A stretch of 64,000 nt of DNA from an uncultured Nitrososphaerales archaeon (GCA_964342655.1 CAYFFZ010000001.1:668-64667); one strand, 5' to 3'; counted from the stretch's first letter, positions 1 through 9,907 are shown. Numbers and translations: made by a program. Notes: generated by a model not told the origin, from the letters alone.

Positions 1-64
1 TAAATTCATATCATCTAATCTGCCGGCAATTGAAGTCGCTAAAAAAGTTATTCTCAACTATGAT

Positions 65-412
65 TTGCAAGACCTTATACAGATGTTTTCAGATTACGTA
101 AAGATAACCGAAGAAGGTCCAAGAGTTCTTGCAAAGGAAAACCTTAGCATTAAACAGAAGATAACATTACAGCTTGTGGGGAACAGGATTGCTTATTTGT
201 TGAACAAGGTCCCGCAAGAACCTGTAACGATCCAGGATCTTATAAACGTCCTTGGGCTTCCAGGAAAATCCATAAGCAGCAGGCTGAGCGAGCTGGTCAA
301 AGCCGGGCATGTAACCAGGATCCAGGATGCAAAAACCACAAAGTATCAGATTTCAACCATGGGCATCAAGTGGTTATCAGATACCTTAACAGGAAAAATA
401 AAAGCGGATTAA
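65..412 (+). CDS. small winged-helix (MarR/ArsR-like) DNA-binding protein; 5' end uncertain
   Basis: ORF track. The C-terminal half reads like a wHTH recognition helix plus wing (ISSRLSELVKAGHVTRIQDAKTTKYQIS). The frame stays open upstream to nt 2 without an ATG. The start may be the TTG at 65, the ATG at 83 (MFSDY), or outside the window. Confidence 0.45.
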   Translation: MQDLIQMFSDYVKITEEGPRVLAKENLSIKQKITLQLVGNRIAYLLNKVPQEPVTIQDLINVLGLPGKSISSRLSELVKAGHVTRIQDAKTTKYQISTMGIKWLSDTLTGKIKAD

Positions 413-1488
413 AATAATTCTTTTTGATCTAGAACCTTTATATTACCTTCTTTATATTTTTCATAGATCAGTGCTTTGAGTTTATCAATGTTAGTGCCCT
501 TTAACGCTGATATCTCAATGTGTTCTTTAATGTGATCGTCCTGAAACTCAAAATCGTTTTTCTTCTGATCAACCTTATTCAGTACTGCAACTACGTTATC
601 CAAGTTCACTTCTAGTTCTTCTAGTACGTTCAAACTAGCGAAGTACTTTCTCCAGAAAAGCTCTTCATCTAAGCTGTAATCAAGAACAAGCAGTATCAGA
701 TCCGAAAATTTTAACTCTTCGAGAGTCGACTTGAACGACTCGATCAAATAATGAGGAAGCCTTTCTATAAAACCTACAGTATCGCTCAAATATATGTTTT
801 CCATTCCGCTTATTTTCCTTATAGTGGTGGTTAAGGTAGTGAACATCTTACCAGTAACTGTTTTGTTCTCGTTGGTAAGAGCGTTAAAGAGTGTAGTTTT
901 ACCAGCTCCCGTATATCCCGCTAATGCGACTATAAATTTATCTTCTTCTAACCTCTTTTGCCTCTGAAGGCTTCTTCTCATCCTCTCACGGTCAAGCTTT
1001 TTTCTCAAACCATTTATCTGACGGTTAAGAAACCTTATGTATTTATCCACTTCATAAGCGCCGTAACCCATTGGTCCTGTTTGTTCACCCATTTTAGCGA
1101 GCCTCACGGTCTCCCTTATCCTTGGAACTTCATACTGCAGCTCAGCTAGCTTTACCTGAAGTTTCGCTTCGGTAGTCATAGCTCTTTTTTCAAAAATGTC
1201 AAGGATAAGCCTGATCCTGTCAATCGCCTTTACCCCCAAAAGCTTTGAGAGGTGATAAATCTGCGAAGCGGTGAGCTGTTCATCTAATATTACCAGCTCA
1301 GGCTTTAACTCTTCTACTATTTGTTTCAGCTCTTCAGCCTTTCCAGTTGGCAGACCGTATTTACCTTCCTTCATGCTCTTTACTTTAAAAGTTGTCAAAG
1401 GCCTGTAGCCTGCAGAAGAAGCAAGCTCAAGGGCTTCTTGCTCTGAGTAAGGCTCTCTGTAAGTTACAACTATTGATGTTTCATTCAC
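409..1488 (-). CDS. hflX: GTPase HflX
   Basis: 359 aa. HflX-type N-terminal domain followed by G-domain motifs: G1 GYTGAGKTTLFNALT, G3 DTVGF, G4 NKVD. Confidence 0.85.
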   Translation of the reverse strand: MNETSIVVTYREPYSEQEALELASSAGYRPLTTFKVKSMKEGKYGLPTGKAEELKQIVEELKPELVILDEQLTASQIYHLSKLLGVKAIDRIRLILDIFEKRAMTTEAKLQVKLAELQYEVPRIRETVRLAKMGEQTGPMGYGAYEVDKYIRFLNRQINGLRKKLDRERMRRSLQRQKRLEEDKFIVALAGYTGAGKTTLFNALTNENKTVTGKMFTTLTTTIRKISGMENIYLSDTVGFIERLPHYLIESFKSTLEELKFSDLILLVLDYSLDEELFWRKYFASLNVLEELEVNLDNVVAVLNKVDQKKNDFEFQDDHIKEHIEISALKGTNIDKLKALIYEKYKEGNIKVLDQKELF

Positions 1489-1862
1489 TTTCTGAGTTTC
1501 ACCTTTAAGCTGAACTCTATTTTTTTCAAAGTTTGATAATCTGGCATTATCTTTTCTTGTTCAATCTTAGCGAGAAGAGAAGGTTTAATGCCTATCTTCC
1601 TACCTAACTGCTCCTGAGTCAAGTTCATCTTTTCTCTCATTTCTTTGATTATTCTCCCATAACCATCAATAAGCTCGTATTCTTCCTCTTCTTGTTTTCT
1701 TAGAACCCTGTTAACGTTACCCTCTTTTGCTCCAGGTCTATTTTTTAGGTTAACAACTTTTCCATACTTTGCACACTCATCACAAACTTTTAAGTATGCA
1801 CCATCTACCTCAATGGTTATGGGCTTACCGTATATCGGCTTTCCGCATATTTCGCAATTCAT
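1485..1862 (-). CDS. mbf1: multiprotein bridging factor 1 (zinc ribbon + XRE-type HTH)
   Basis: N-terminal CEICG...CDECAK zinc ribbon and C-terminal HTH (LTQEQLGRKIGIKPSLLAKIEQ). 4-nt overlap with hflX. Confidence 0.8.
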   Translation of the reverse strand: MNCEICGKPIYGKPITIEVDGAYLKVCDECAKYGKVVNLKNRPGAKEGNVNRVLRKQEEEEYELIDGYGRIIKEMREKMNLTQEQLGRKIGIKPSLLAKIEQEKIMPDYQTLKKIEFSLKVKLRK

Positions 1863-2033
1863 TCTTTTACCTTAATTATTGTTTTTGTGTATATATACGA
1901 TTTGCGCTGACTTCTGTTTTAATATGGTTTAAGAATTTGCAAAGTTAACCTGATCTAGTCATACCAGCCTATAAAAAAGAGGCTTTTTTAAAACACCAAA
2001 AAGTTAATTAAACGGCACATAAGAACATTTAAT

Positions 2034-2207
2034 ATGCCGACACACGGAAGTATTACAAAAGCTGGAAAAGTAAGATCACAAACACCAAAATTGCAAGGTA
2101 GGGAAAGACATAACCCTCCACCGCGTATATCTCTAAGGTCTAAATATGAAAAAAGGGTAGAACTAAAAAGAAACCCTGGCCAGAACTGGGTATTCTTAAG
2201 AAAATAA
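2034..2207 (+). CDS. rps30e: 30S ribosomal protein eS30
   Basis: Absent from the ORF track (57 aa). ATG at 2034, TAA at 2205-2207. MPTHGSITKAGKVRSQTPKL matches the eS30 signature HGSLxxAGKVxxQTPK. Confidence 0.85.
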   Translation: MPTHGSITKAGKVRSQTPKLQGRERHNPPPRISLRSKYEKRVELKRNPGQNWVFLRK

Positions 2208-2211
2208 ATTT

Positions 2212-3366
2212 TTATGGTAAAACGGATTCTAATAGTTCCTGTAGCTCTATTTCTGATACGCCTTTAGTCAAGCTCATGCGCCTTTTCTCCAGTACCTTCT
2301 CGAGCTTATGGATTGCATCTACAAGGGAGTTTCTTATGCCCCATCCTTCTCCTGTTACCGATGTCTTTATATAGGGACCGTTTACCTGAATCCTTATTAT
2401 CACGTGGGGTTTACCTCTTTTCTGCTTCTGGTCTCCGCTAACGTATATTGTAATGCTTGAATTCTGCAGAATCCTCATATACTTTCTCGTTAAGCTAAGC
2501 ATTCTGCTTCTTATAGTTTCTGGGTCGTATTCTAGCTCTTCTATAACCCCCTTTCTTGAGAGCTGCAAAAATATTGACGGTTCGTTTACGTTCATCGAAG
2601 CTATCTGCCTAAGAAGATCTTCTTTAGTTACTATTCCGCTCAGGTAACCTTTGTTCGTTACGACAACAGATGAGAACCTGAATTTTTTCATGAGCTCAAA
2701 TGCTTCAAATGCGTTTGAATTTTCCTCTATAGTCTTAACGTCTTCAGTCATTATTGACTTTACAGAACCCTGAGCTATTTCTTTGATTTCTCCGATCGGG
2801 CGGTCCCTTTTCTGTCTGAACTTTGGCTTGATAACTTTCTGTATTATGTCGTGCAGCGTGACAATCCCGACTATCTTTTTACCGTTCATTATTATAACCC
2901 TGGAAACACCTGCATTTCTCATAGTTGATAAAAGCTGCCCAATTGTTGAATCTGCGTCTAAAGTAACTGGATCGGGGGTCATTATGTCTTTAACGGTAAT
3001 ATTCCTGAAAACGTTACGGCTCTGCATAATCACATCATCGGCAAATACACCTCCTCCAAGGGTCCCATCCTGCAAAACATAAGGTAAAGTTTTGAAACCG
3101 CTTTCAACCATTAGCTTGCTCACCTCTTCGATGTTTTCGTTGCCAGAAAGCTTTGGAGCAACCTTCATGAGCGTCTTGACCTTTGTTGTAGCTGGATCGT
3201 AATTGATCTTGTAAGCCAAACTCTCGTTTATTATGCCTTCATATAAAGATCCATTTGAAACAACGATAAGGTCTCTCTGCTTTTCAAATAAATCCTGTAT
3301 TTCTGATATTGTGTTGTTTTTATCAACAGTTATAACGTCTTTTTTTAAAACAGATTCTAAGCTCAT
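2212..3366 (-). CDS. CBS-domain protein (four CBS motifs) with C-terminal HPF/RaiA-like domain
   Basis: 384 aa. It has four CBS-like repeats, e.g. ITVKDIMTPDPVTLDADSTIGQLLSTMRNAGVSRVIIM..GKKIVGIVTLHDI. The C-terminal ~100 aa (nt ~2272-2577) has the beta-alpha-beta-beta-beta-alpha pattern of ribosome hibernation factors (HVIIRIQVNGPYIKTSVTGEGWGIRNSLVDAIHKLEKVLEKRR). Confidence 0.75.
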   Translation of the reverse strand: MSLESVLKKDVITVDKNNTISEIQDLFEKQRDLIVVSNGSLYEGIINESLAYKINYDPATTKVKTLMKVAPKLSGNENIEEVSKLMVESGFKTLPYVLQDGTLGGGVFADDVIMQSRNVFRNITVKDIMTPDPVTLDADSTIGQLLSTMRNAGVSRVIIMNGKKIVGIVTLHDIIQKVIKPKFRQKRDRPIGEIKEIAQGSVKSIMTEDVKTIEENSNAFEAFELMKKFRFSSVVVTNKGYLSGIVTKEDLLRQIASMNVNEPSIFLQLSRKGVIEELEYDPETIRSRMLSLTRKYMRILQNSSITIYVSGDQKQKRGKPHVIIRIQVNGPYIKTSVTGEGWGIRNSLVDAIHKLEKVLEKRRMSLTKGVSEIELQELLESVLP

Positions 3367-3399
3367 GTACAGATTATTGACCTAATACAATAAAAACGT

Positions 3400-3969
3400 T
3401 TATTCTTGTTCGAAAGCTTTTAAGAGCTTTTCCTGAAGGAGCTCAAACTGCTTATAAAGATCTTCAAGGCTTATGTCTTCGTTAACTATCATGAAATCTG
3501 CTGTAGCTATAACTGAGCCTATACCCAGCTCTAGCTCGAGTTTATCCCTTTCCTTGAAGTCATTGAAGTCCTTAGGATCGTCTTCTCTCCCTCTGTTTTT
3601 AAGTAGAAAGAACCTTCTCTTAGGGCTAGCGTGCAGAGCTAAAACTATAATTCTAGCGTTTTTGCTAAAAAAATCGACCTCTGTAGGAGACCTTATTCCA
3701 TCTATTATTATTAGGCTTGAGTTGCTTTTTTCTATCTTTTCAAGAGTGAGCTTTGCAACTATGTCTTTACCGCCTTGTTCTCTTAAGATCTTTACTACCT
3801 TTCTTTGGCCTTCTTTGCTAAGTCCGTAACCCATTTCTATGCTCTTTTCCCTTATGACATTTCCCATAGAAAAAGTTGGAATCCTGAGCTTGCCAGAGAT
3901 GTAAGAAGCTAGCGTCGTCTTGCCCGCACCAGGCATGCCGGTTATGCCTATAATCCTGACATATGCCAA
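3400..3969 (-). CDS. P-loop nucleotide kinase, UPF0200 / dephospho-CoA-kinase-like family
   Basis: 189 aa. Walker A GITGMPGAGKTT near the N-terminus. Size and layout match archaeal UPF0200 kinases. Confidence 0.6.
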   Translation of the reverse strand: MAYVRIIGITGMPGAGKTTLASYISGKLRIPTFSMGNVIREKSIEMGYGLSKEGQRKVVKILREQGGKDIVAKLTLEKIEKSNSSLIIIDGIRSPTEVDFFSKNARIIVLALHASPKRRFFLLKNRGREDDPKDFNDFKERDKLELELGIGSVIATADFMIVNEDISLEDLYKQFELLQEKLLKAFEQE

Positions 3970-4065
3970 CTCATACCCTTTATAACAAACTATATTTTAA
4001 TCATTCTGTTTGTTCACAATTTTACAGGAAACCGTTTTTATTAGCAAGTAGATCAGATTTAGGCG

Positions 4066-5184
4066 TTGAAACTTCTGGCTACGACGATAAGGGGTTTTGA
4101 AGAATATTCTGCAAAAGAAGCAGAGCTTCTTAATTGCAAAGCTGTTGAGCTCAGGCAGGCAAGGGTTTTGCTAGAAGGAAACGAAACATGTGTATACATT
4201 TTGAACAATTTTGCCAGAACCGTTAACAAAGTCCTTATACTTCTTAGCAGAGAAACCGTTAATGGGCTTGAAGATATTTATAGAAAAGCCTTATCTTTAG
4301 ATTATACCTTTATAAGACCAGATCAATCTTTCGCTGTAAGATCTGAGAGGAGCGGCTTACATGACTTTACTTCTATAGACGTAGCCAGAGTTGTTGGACA
4401 AGCTGTAATAGACTCCTACATGAAAGATAAAGGGAGCAAGATCAAAGTTGACCTGGAAAATCCTGACGTTGAAATAGACGCTGACCTTATAGGAAACGAG
4501 CTTTTTATAAGTTTGAACACAACCGGCAACGGCCTTAACTTCAGAGAATACAGGACCTACAATCATCCATCTTCACTAAAGCCCACCCTAGCATCATCTT
4601 TGGTGATTATGTCGCAGTGGGATGGTTCAAGCTTAATAGACCCCTTTACTGGCGGAGCAACGATACCCACAGAAGCGGCGCTTTATGCTTTTTCTTCACT
4701 CGTTAGGCCATCCGGAAATTTTAGCTATAAAAAACTGAGCTTTTATGACAGATTCCAAGAAGAACAGGCTTTAAAGAAGATCGGCAAAAAGTTTGATGTT
4801 CAGGAAAAAATCGTTGGTATTGAAATATCTCGCAAGCATTTTACGGGGGCCCTAAAAAATGTGAGTTCTGCAAATCTGAACGAGTATATTGAACTTGTTC
4901 ATGACGATTCGATAAAAATAGATTTACAAAGACGCTTTAAGTTTTTAATATCTAATCCCCCATACGGTATTAGAAGCGGGAGAAAAGAAAAGGTTCTTAA
5001 AATATATGAGCTCTTTGTAAGAAGGCTCGATAAGGTGCTTGAAGAAGGAGGAGAAGGTGTTATGATAACGACTGAATACAAAAAGCTCTTAGATCTTTTA
5101 ACTCAGAGGGGGTACAAGGTACTTAAGGTTAACACTGGACTACACGGAAAGCTATGGGTTGGTGCAATACTTTTCAGATCTTAA
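4066..5184 (+). CDS. THUMP-domain RNA (guanine-N2) methyltransferase, Trm14-like
   Basis: 372 aa with a TTG start. N-terminal THUMP-like region, then a class I methyltransferase with the N-methyltransferase motif ISNPPYGIR. Confidence 0.75.
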   Translation: MKLLATTIRGFEEYSAKEAELLNCKAVELRQARVLLEGNETCVYILNNFARTVNKVLILLSRETVNGLEDIYRKALSLDYTFIRPDQSFAVRSERSGLHDFTSIDVARVVGQAVIDSYMKDKGSKIKVDLENPDVEIDADLIGNELFISLNTTGNGLNFREYRTYNHPSSLKPTLASSLVIMSQWDGSSLIDPFTGGATIPTEAALYAFSSLVRPSGNFSYKKLSFYDRFQEEQALKKIGKKFDVQEKIVGIEISRKHFTGALKNVSSANLNEYIELVHDDSIKIDLQRRFKFLISNPPYGIRSGRKEKVLKIYELFVRRLDKVLEEGGEGVMITTEYKKLLDLLTQRGYKVLKVNTGLHGKLWVGAILFRS

Positions 5185-6719
5185 CCTAAAGACTTTCTCA
5201 AGGTTGCCATTTCGGTTATGTTCTTTATTACTTCTTCATCGTTCTTTTCAATGAAAGCAACTAGCGTAAGGGTAGACAGCAACCTGTGCTTGAGCACATC
5301 GTATCTTTCGCTAGCTTTTTTGAAGCCAAAACATGACTCTATAAAACTGATATCGTTCTTTATCTGCTGAATGATATTTTCATCTACAAGCATCTTTTCC
5401 TTAAGGATCCTGAGGTTTTCTTCTGAAAAATAATTCACGGCCGTCTTAAGGTCTAGGTCAAGGTACCTATAGCTTGAAATAAGCGTGTTCCACTCCTCCT
5501 CGTTAAGCCTTCCTAAAGAAGAAGCTCCAAAGATTTCTGGGGGAAGGCCAAGACTGTAAAGAGCGCTTACAAAAGTTATCGCTCTTGGCAAAGTTATTTT
5601 GCCAGCGTTTCTTGAGTATCCAAAAAGCCCTATGTGGAGCTTCCTTGCTCTCCTTCTTGGTACAAAACCAGAGATCCCGTTTATAAGTGGCGCTAGCCCT
5701 TCTATTATGTTCTGATAAGACCTTGTGTAGGTTTCCATAATCTTTCTGAAAATTTTCTGCTCGTCCGTACTGAGTTCTTCTTTTTCATACGGTTTGCTTA
5801 TGTTGAGAAACCTGATTGCGCTTCTTGCTTCTTCTAAACCATAATCATACCTGAATGCAGACTGCACTGTATAAGTCCATACACCTCTGTATTCGTTAAA
5901 AACGTTTTCAACGTTATTAGGACTTAGATGACCTCTGAAAGGAAGGCTCCCTACACCTATGATGGGATATATTGATAAATGGCGCTCTTCCTCTGTCCTC
6001 CTTAGCTCGCTCAGAGCATTTTTTGCAAGAAGTACAGAGGTAACCATGCCATAGTTCATTGCAGGATCTGACCTTGCAATGAAAACCCTCAGGTAAGACA
6101 CTTTCACTGCATCGATGTACTTTTCGATTATCAACTTTATGTTCAGAAGAGAATCCATGTCCTCTATCAAAGGTATGACTTCAATCCATTTTGGTTTGGT
6201 TTCGCCTATAAGATCCCTAACCTTCAGGTTTTCAGTCAGTTGCATTCCTTCTTTGTTTACTACTGCTTTTTCATAATATTTGGCTAAAGCTATAAGCTGT
6301 TCAGCGTTTGTAGTAAAAGGCAATATAGTTTCGAAAACAGGAACCGTAACGGCTTCCCCATAAAACCTCTCACCAACGTCGTGGTTTATAGGCACGCTTT
6401 CAAGAGTTTCAGCAAATACCTTTCTATCAACGCCTTCTATAAAAGGATTTGGCAACCTGTACGTTAAGTAAATGTGCTTTCCTAGAACGTTGTCCTTAAA
6501 ATATTCAGGGTACATGGTTAAAAGTTTTCTTACGACGTGTGTGTCTACATCTTTCCCTTCTGCGTCCCACATTACTTCTTCTACACCATAAGAAGAGTAA
6601 GCTAGATACGCTTCGTAGACTTCATCGTCTCCTTCTATCGAACCCCTGCCTTTAACCCAGCCAGGCACGTTTGCGTTATCCGGATGCTGGGTTGCCATAG
6701 TTCTTGGGATTTTTCTCAT
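5181..6719 (-). CDS. ppcA: archaeal-type phosphoenolpyruvate carboxylase
   Basis: 512 aa. Hallmark N-terminus IPRTMATQHPDNA of the archaeal PpcA family. Confidence 0.9.
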   Translation of the reverse strand: MRKIPRTMATQHPDNANVPGWVKGRGSIEGDDEVYEAYLAYSSYGVEEVMWDAEGKDVDTHVVRKLLTMYPEYFKDNVLGKHIYLTYRLPNPFIEGVDRKVFAETLESVPINHDVGERFYGEAVTVPVFETILPFTTNAEQLIALAKYYEKAVVNKEGMQLTENLKVRDLIGETKPKWIEVIPLIEDMDSLLNIKLIIEKYIDAVKVSYLRVFIARSDPAMNYGMVTSVLLAKNALSELRRTEEERHLSIYPIIGVGSLPFRGHLSPNNVENVFNEYRGVWTYTVQSAFRYDYGLEEARSAIRFLNISKPYEKEELSTDEQKIFRKIMETYTRSYQNIIEGLAPLINGISGFVPRRRARKLHIGLFGYSRNAGKITLPRAITFVSALYSLGLPPEIFGASSLGRLNEEEWNTLISSYRYLDLDLKTAVNYFSEENLRILKEKMLVDENIIQQIKNDISFIESCFGFKKASERYDVLKHRLLSTLTLVAFIEKNDEEVIKNITEMATLRKSLG

Positions 6720-6851
6720 GTTTCTATAAGATTGTTATAAATGTGTATTTAGCCGTTTCTTTTAGCTGTGTTACTAGCATTTGAAAATTTCTTTTTTAGT
6801 TAAGATACTATGATTACTGATTAAAAAATGAAAATGCTTCGTGCTTTTATC

Positions 6852-7421
6852 CTAAGACCATTTGTTAAAATGAAAAACCCCTTCTTTCTGCAAAGATTTT
6901 GGCTTTGGCAAAGCACCCGGTCGACCTAAGAGTATCATCCACTGCGGTTCAACGTAGTTTGGGATACTGAACATATCCAAAAATATATCAGGCCTTACCA
7001 AAGGCACTGCTCTCCAGTGTGCCCCCAGACCTAGGCAGTTTGCAGCAATGAGTATGTTTTCAGCTGCGGCGGCAAGGCTCTGCATTCCCATAAGCCTTTC
7101 GTTAAAGGTATCGCTCCTGAGCTTTTTAGTGTTAAGAAAACCTATGATGACTACGTTAGCAGAGGAGATGATCCTGTACGTCCTTTCAGCTTTTTCTTCA
7201 TCAGCTTTTCCGCTCTTGACGTACTCGTCCTTGAGCCTTAAAGCAAGCTTTTCAATGATCTGTTTTTCTTTCAGTATCAAGAAATCCCAAGGCTGCTCGT
7301 TATGCGGGCTTGGTGCGCTGATAGCCGAATCCAGAAGCGCGTCAAGCTCTTCTTCTTTAATATTTTCATCGGTGAACTTTCTTATGCTTCTTCGCTTTAG
7401 GATCCCTTCCAAACAGTCCAT
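6852..7421 (-). CDS. nitroreductase family protein
   Basis: 189 aa. RRSIRKF...SAPSPHNEQPWDFLIL is typical of FMN nitroreductases. Confidence 0.75.
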   Translation of the reverse strand: MDCLEGILKRRSIRKFTDENIKEEELDALLDSAISAPSPHNEQPWDFLILKEKQIIEKLALRLKDEYVKSGKADEEKAERTYRIISSANVVIIGFLNTKKLRSDTFNERLMGMQSLAAAAENILIAANCLGLGAHWRAVPLVRPDIFLDMFSIPNYVEPQWMILLGRPGALPKPKSLQKEGVFHFNKWS

Positions 7422-7465
7422 TGCTTTTTTTATAAAGGTTAAATAATTAAGTTTTTAATACATAT

Positions 7466-8347
7466 GTGAAATTGAAACTAGGTTTTGTTGGATTGGGTAA
7501 AATGGGACAAGCTTTAGCTCTTAGGGCTATTCAGTCAGGCTATACTGTTTACGGTTACAACAGGACAAAATCAAAAGTTGATTCTATAAGAGACAGGGTA
7601 GAAATACTTCCATCAATAAGCGATGTAGTAGAAAAAAGCGACGTGATTCTTGTTAGCGTCACGGATGATGAAGCTGATGAAGATGTAATACTCGGTAACC
7701 ACGGCATTTCAGATTATATAAGGCCTAACAAGATGATAATAGACTTCAGCACAATTTCGCCTATAATGTCAAAGTACATAAACGAAAAGCTGAAAAGGAA
7801 GAATGCTTACAGGCTCGAGGTACCTCTTATTGGAGGTCCAGATAAAGCATTGAGGGGGGAACTGATAGCCCTTATCGGGGGAGATAGGTCAAAATATGAA
7901 GAAATGTCAGATTTGATCAAAACTTTTGCGACCAGAACCATTTATGCCGGAAACATAGGAGATGCTCTATCACTAAAGCTTGCGTTTAACCTTCTGGTTG
8001 CGGGTTATGCTGAACTTATAGCTGAGGGGCTAACCTTAGTGCAGAAGATGAAAGTCGATCCAAGGTTGTTCATATACCTCATAAATGCGAGCGGCTACAA
8101 GACCGAATTCAGCGAAAATAAAGGACAGAAGATGCTTGTGAGCAACTACGAGCCTACGTTTTATTTGAAGCACATGAAGAAGGACCTGGGGCTCATTTCA
8201 AAAGTCGCGGATAAATACAGCATTTACCTCCCTGTTCATTCAACTCTCTGGAGCACCTACACAGGCGCCACCGAGTTTGGTTTTGCAGAAGAAGATTTCA
8301 GCGCAATCCTAGAGTATTTGCTAAAAATTAATAAGCTAAAAGAATAG
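7466..8347 (+). CDS. NAD(P)-dependent oxidoreductase, 3-hydroxyisobutyrate/6-phosphogluconate dehydrogenase-like
   Basis: 293 aa. N-terminal Rossmann motif GFVGLGKMGQALA. Beta-hydroxyacid dehydrogenase layout. Confidence 0.75.
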   Translation: MKLKLGFVGLGKMGQALALRAIQSGYTVYGYNRTKSKVDSIRDRVEILPSISDVVEKSDVILVSVTDDEADEDVILGNHGISDYIRPNKMIIDFSTISPIMSKYINEKLKRKNAYRLEVPLIGGPDKALRGELIALIGGDRSKYEEMSDLIKTFATRTIYAGNIGDALSLKLAFNLLVAGYAELIAEGLTLVQKMKVDPRLFIYLINASGYKTEFSENKGQKMLVSNYEPTFYLKHMKKDLGLISKVADKYSIYLPVHSTLWSTYTGATEFGFAEEDFSAILEYLLKINKLKE

Positions 8348-8358
8348 AAGAAATATGA

Positions 8359-8430
8359 GCCGGGGTGCCGGAACGGCCACGGGTGCGGCTGCAGACCGCA
8401 TTTATGTGGGTTCAAATCCCACCCCCGGCT
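8359..8430 (+). tRNA. tRNA-Cys (GCA)
   Basis: Manual cloverleaf. Acceptor GCCGGGG/CCCCGGC, anticodon stem TGCGG/CCGCA with loop CTGCAGA, T arm GTGGG-TTCAAAT-CCCAC, discriminator T. No encoded CCA and no intron. Confidence 0.9.
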
Positions 8431-8458
8431 CTTTGTAAATCGTTAAAAAAATAAAAAA

Positions 8459-8905
8459 TTAACCTAGAGTTTGAAGTACCTGGTTTAAAAGATCTTTAGC
8501 TTTAGATACTTTTTCCTGCAAGTTCTTTAACTGATCTTCTAGGCTCTTTACCTGCTGAGACTGTTCACATCCAGGTATAGTTACGATAAATCCTTCGTTC
8601 TTTAGTTTCTCATAGCTTTGTTTTATTATCTGACCTGCTTTGGTCTCGCCTTTTAAATGTTTTCTTACAGTAGCCTCTGTTACTCCTATTTCATCAGCTA
8701 TCTGGCTAGCAGTCATGCCGGCCTTGTCTCTTGCAAAAGCCGCCGCAGCTACATAAAGTGAATCGACCCATGTAAGCCTTTCATGAGGGTTACCGATTGC
8801 GTCGACTGTTTCTTTTGAAAACAAAGAAATTGTAAGCAAAGCGCTTTCCAGCTTCCTTATTTCTTCCTTACCTACAGGTTTTAATGGTACAGATTCTGCG
8901 CTCAT
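8459..8905 (-). CDS. HTH DNA-binding protein with C-terminal coiled coil
   Basis: 148 aa. HTH-like MTASQIADEIGVTEATVRKHLKG, then a heptad-like tail (SLEDQLKNLQEKVSKAKDLLNQVLQTL). Lies immediately downstream of the KaiC-like gene. Confidence 0.5.
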   Translation of the reverse strand: MSAESVPLKPVGKEEIRKLESALLTISLFSKETVDAIGNPHERLTWVDSLYVAAAAFARDKAGMTASQIADEIGVTEATVRKHLKGETKAGQIIKQSYEKLKNEGFIVTIPGCEQSQQVKSLEDQLKNLQEKVSKAKDLLNQVLQTLG

Positions 8906-8990
8906 ATTATATTTTTTTCAAAACTTATTTTTAAACTTTAATTTAAATTAAATTTATTAATCTTTTTTTTAAAAAATAAGAGTTCTAATT

Positions 8991-9827
8991 TTAATATTCT
9001 TCCTGAATTTCATGAACTCCTTTTTCCGCTTCTTCAACCGCTTTTTTCATTTCTTCTTTAACTTCTGCAGGTAAATCGCTTATCTTTGCACCTGCAGGTG
9101 AGATATTCAGAGATTTATCCCAGAGAACCTTTATGCCGTCGTCATTTATTTCCATAGGATGCCTAACCATTGAAATCTTTGAATCTCTCATCTTCCAAAC
9201 TATCACAGACCTGTAAAGCCTGCCTTCTACCTCATCGAGGTCTATCCTTACTATACCGTCTACGGCATGCTCAACACCGGGCCCTCCGAAACCCCTTTCT
9301 CCAACAGATATCTGGCTCACGAACAGGGCAGTATTACCAAGACCTGCAATAACCCTCTTTAGTATCATAACAGTGCCCCTAGCGAGAGCCGGCTTCGTAA
9401 GATAAAGCGTGCTTACGGAGTCTATCGCAACTCTTTTGGCGCCTGTGTCCTTTATGGCCGCTCTTAAAACGTCAACAAGCTCTTGAACACTTTCAGGATC
9501 CTTTACCAAATATCTTTCTCTCTGAGCTGAAGAACCTATGCCAGCCGTAAAAGCGTCAACTATGGCAAAAGAGCCTTCCTTTTCATATTTAGATATGTCC
9601 CAAGAAAAGTGAGCAAAGCTTCTTCTGACTGATACAGGGTGCTCTTCTAGCGCAACGAAAACTCCGTGTTCTCCCTTTAAAAGCCCGTTATAAAGGAACT
9701 GCTTTGCTAGTATTGACTTTCCTGTGCCAGGCCCTCCAGAAACAAGAACAACATTCCTTTCAGGTATTCCTCCGTAAAGTATTTCATCAAAACCAGGAAC
9801 AAAAGTTCTCACTCTAAAAATTTTCAT
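8991..9827 (-). CDS. KaiC-like RecA-superfamily ATPase (single domain)
   Basis: 278 aa. [26 protein letters not shown] (Walker A), a hydrophobic-D Walker B (RVAIDSVS), and a KaiC/RadA-type core. Confidence 0.8.
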   Translation of the reverse strand: MKIFRVRTFVPGFDEILYGGIPERNVVLVSGGPGTGKSILAKQFLYNGLLKGEHGVFVALEEHPVSVRRSFAHFSWDISKYEKEGSFAIVDAFTAGIGSSAQRERYLVKDPESVQELVDVLRAAIKDTGAKRVAIDSVSTLYLTKPALARGTVMILKRVIAGLGNTALFVSQISVGERGFGGPGVEHAVDGIVRIDLDEVEGRLYRSVIVWKMRDSKISMVRHPMEINDDGIKVLWDKSLNISPAGAKISDLPAEVKEEMKKAVEEAEKGVHEIQEEY

Positions 9828-9907
9828 AATATAATAATCATGGACCTTTTTTATAACCGTTTCTATACTGATTATTAAAAGGATAATGGCGCCCTGAAAT
9901 TTTTAAG

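Noticed and set aside
8906-8990. Extremely AT-rich spacer with short AAATT/TTTAA reiterations, considered as a replication origin.
   Set aside because: There is no Orc1/Cdc6 gene nearby and no ORB-like long inverted repeats. The sequence is consistent with an ordinary terminator/promoter spacer between two co-directional genes.
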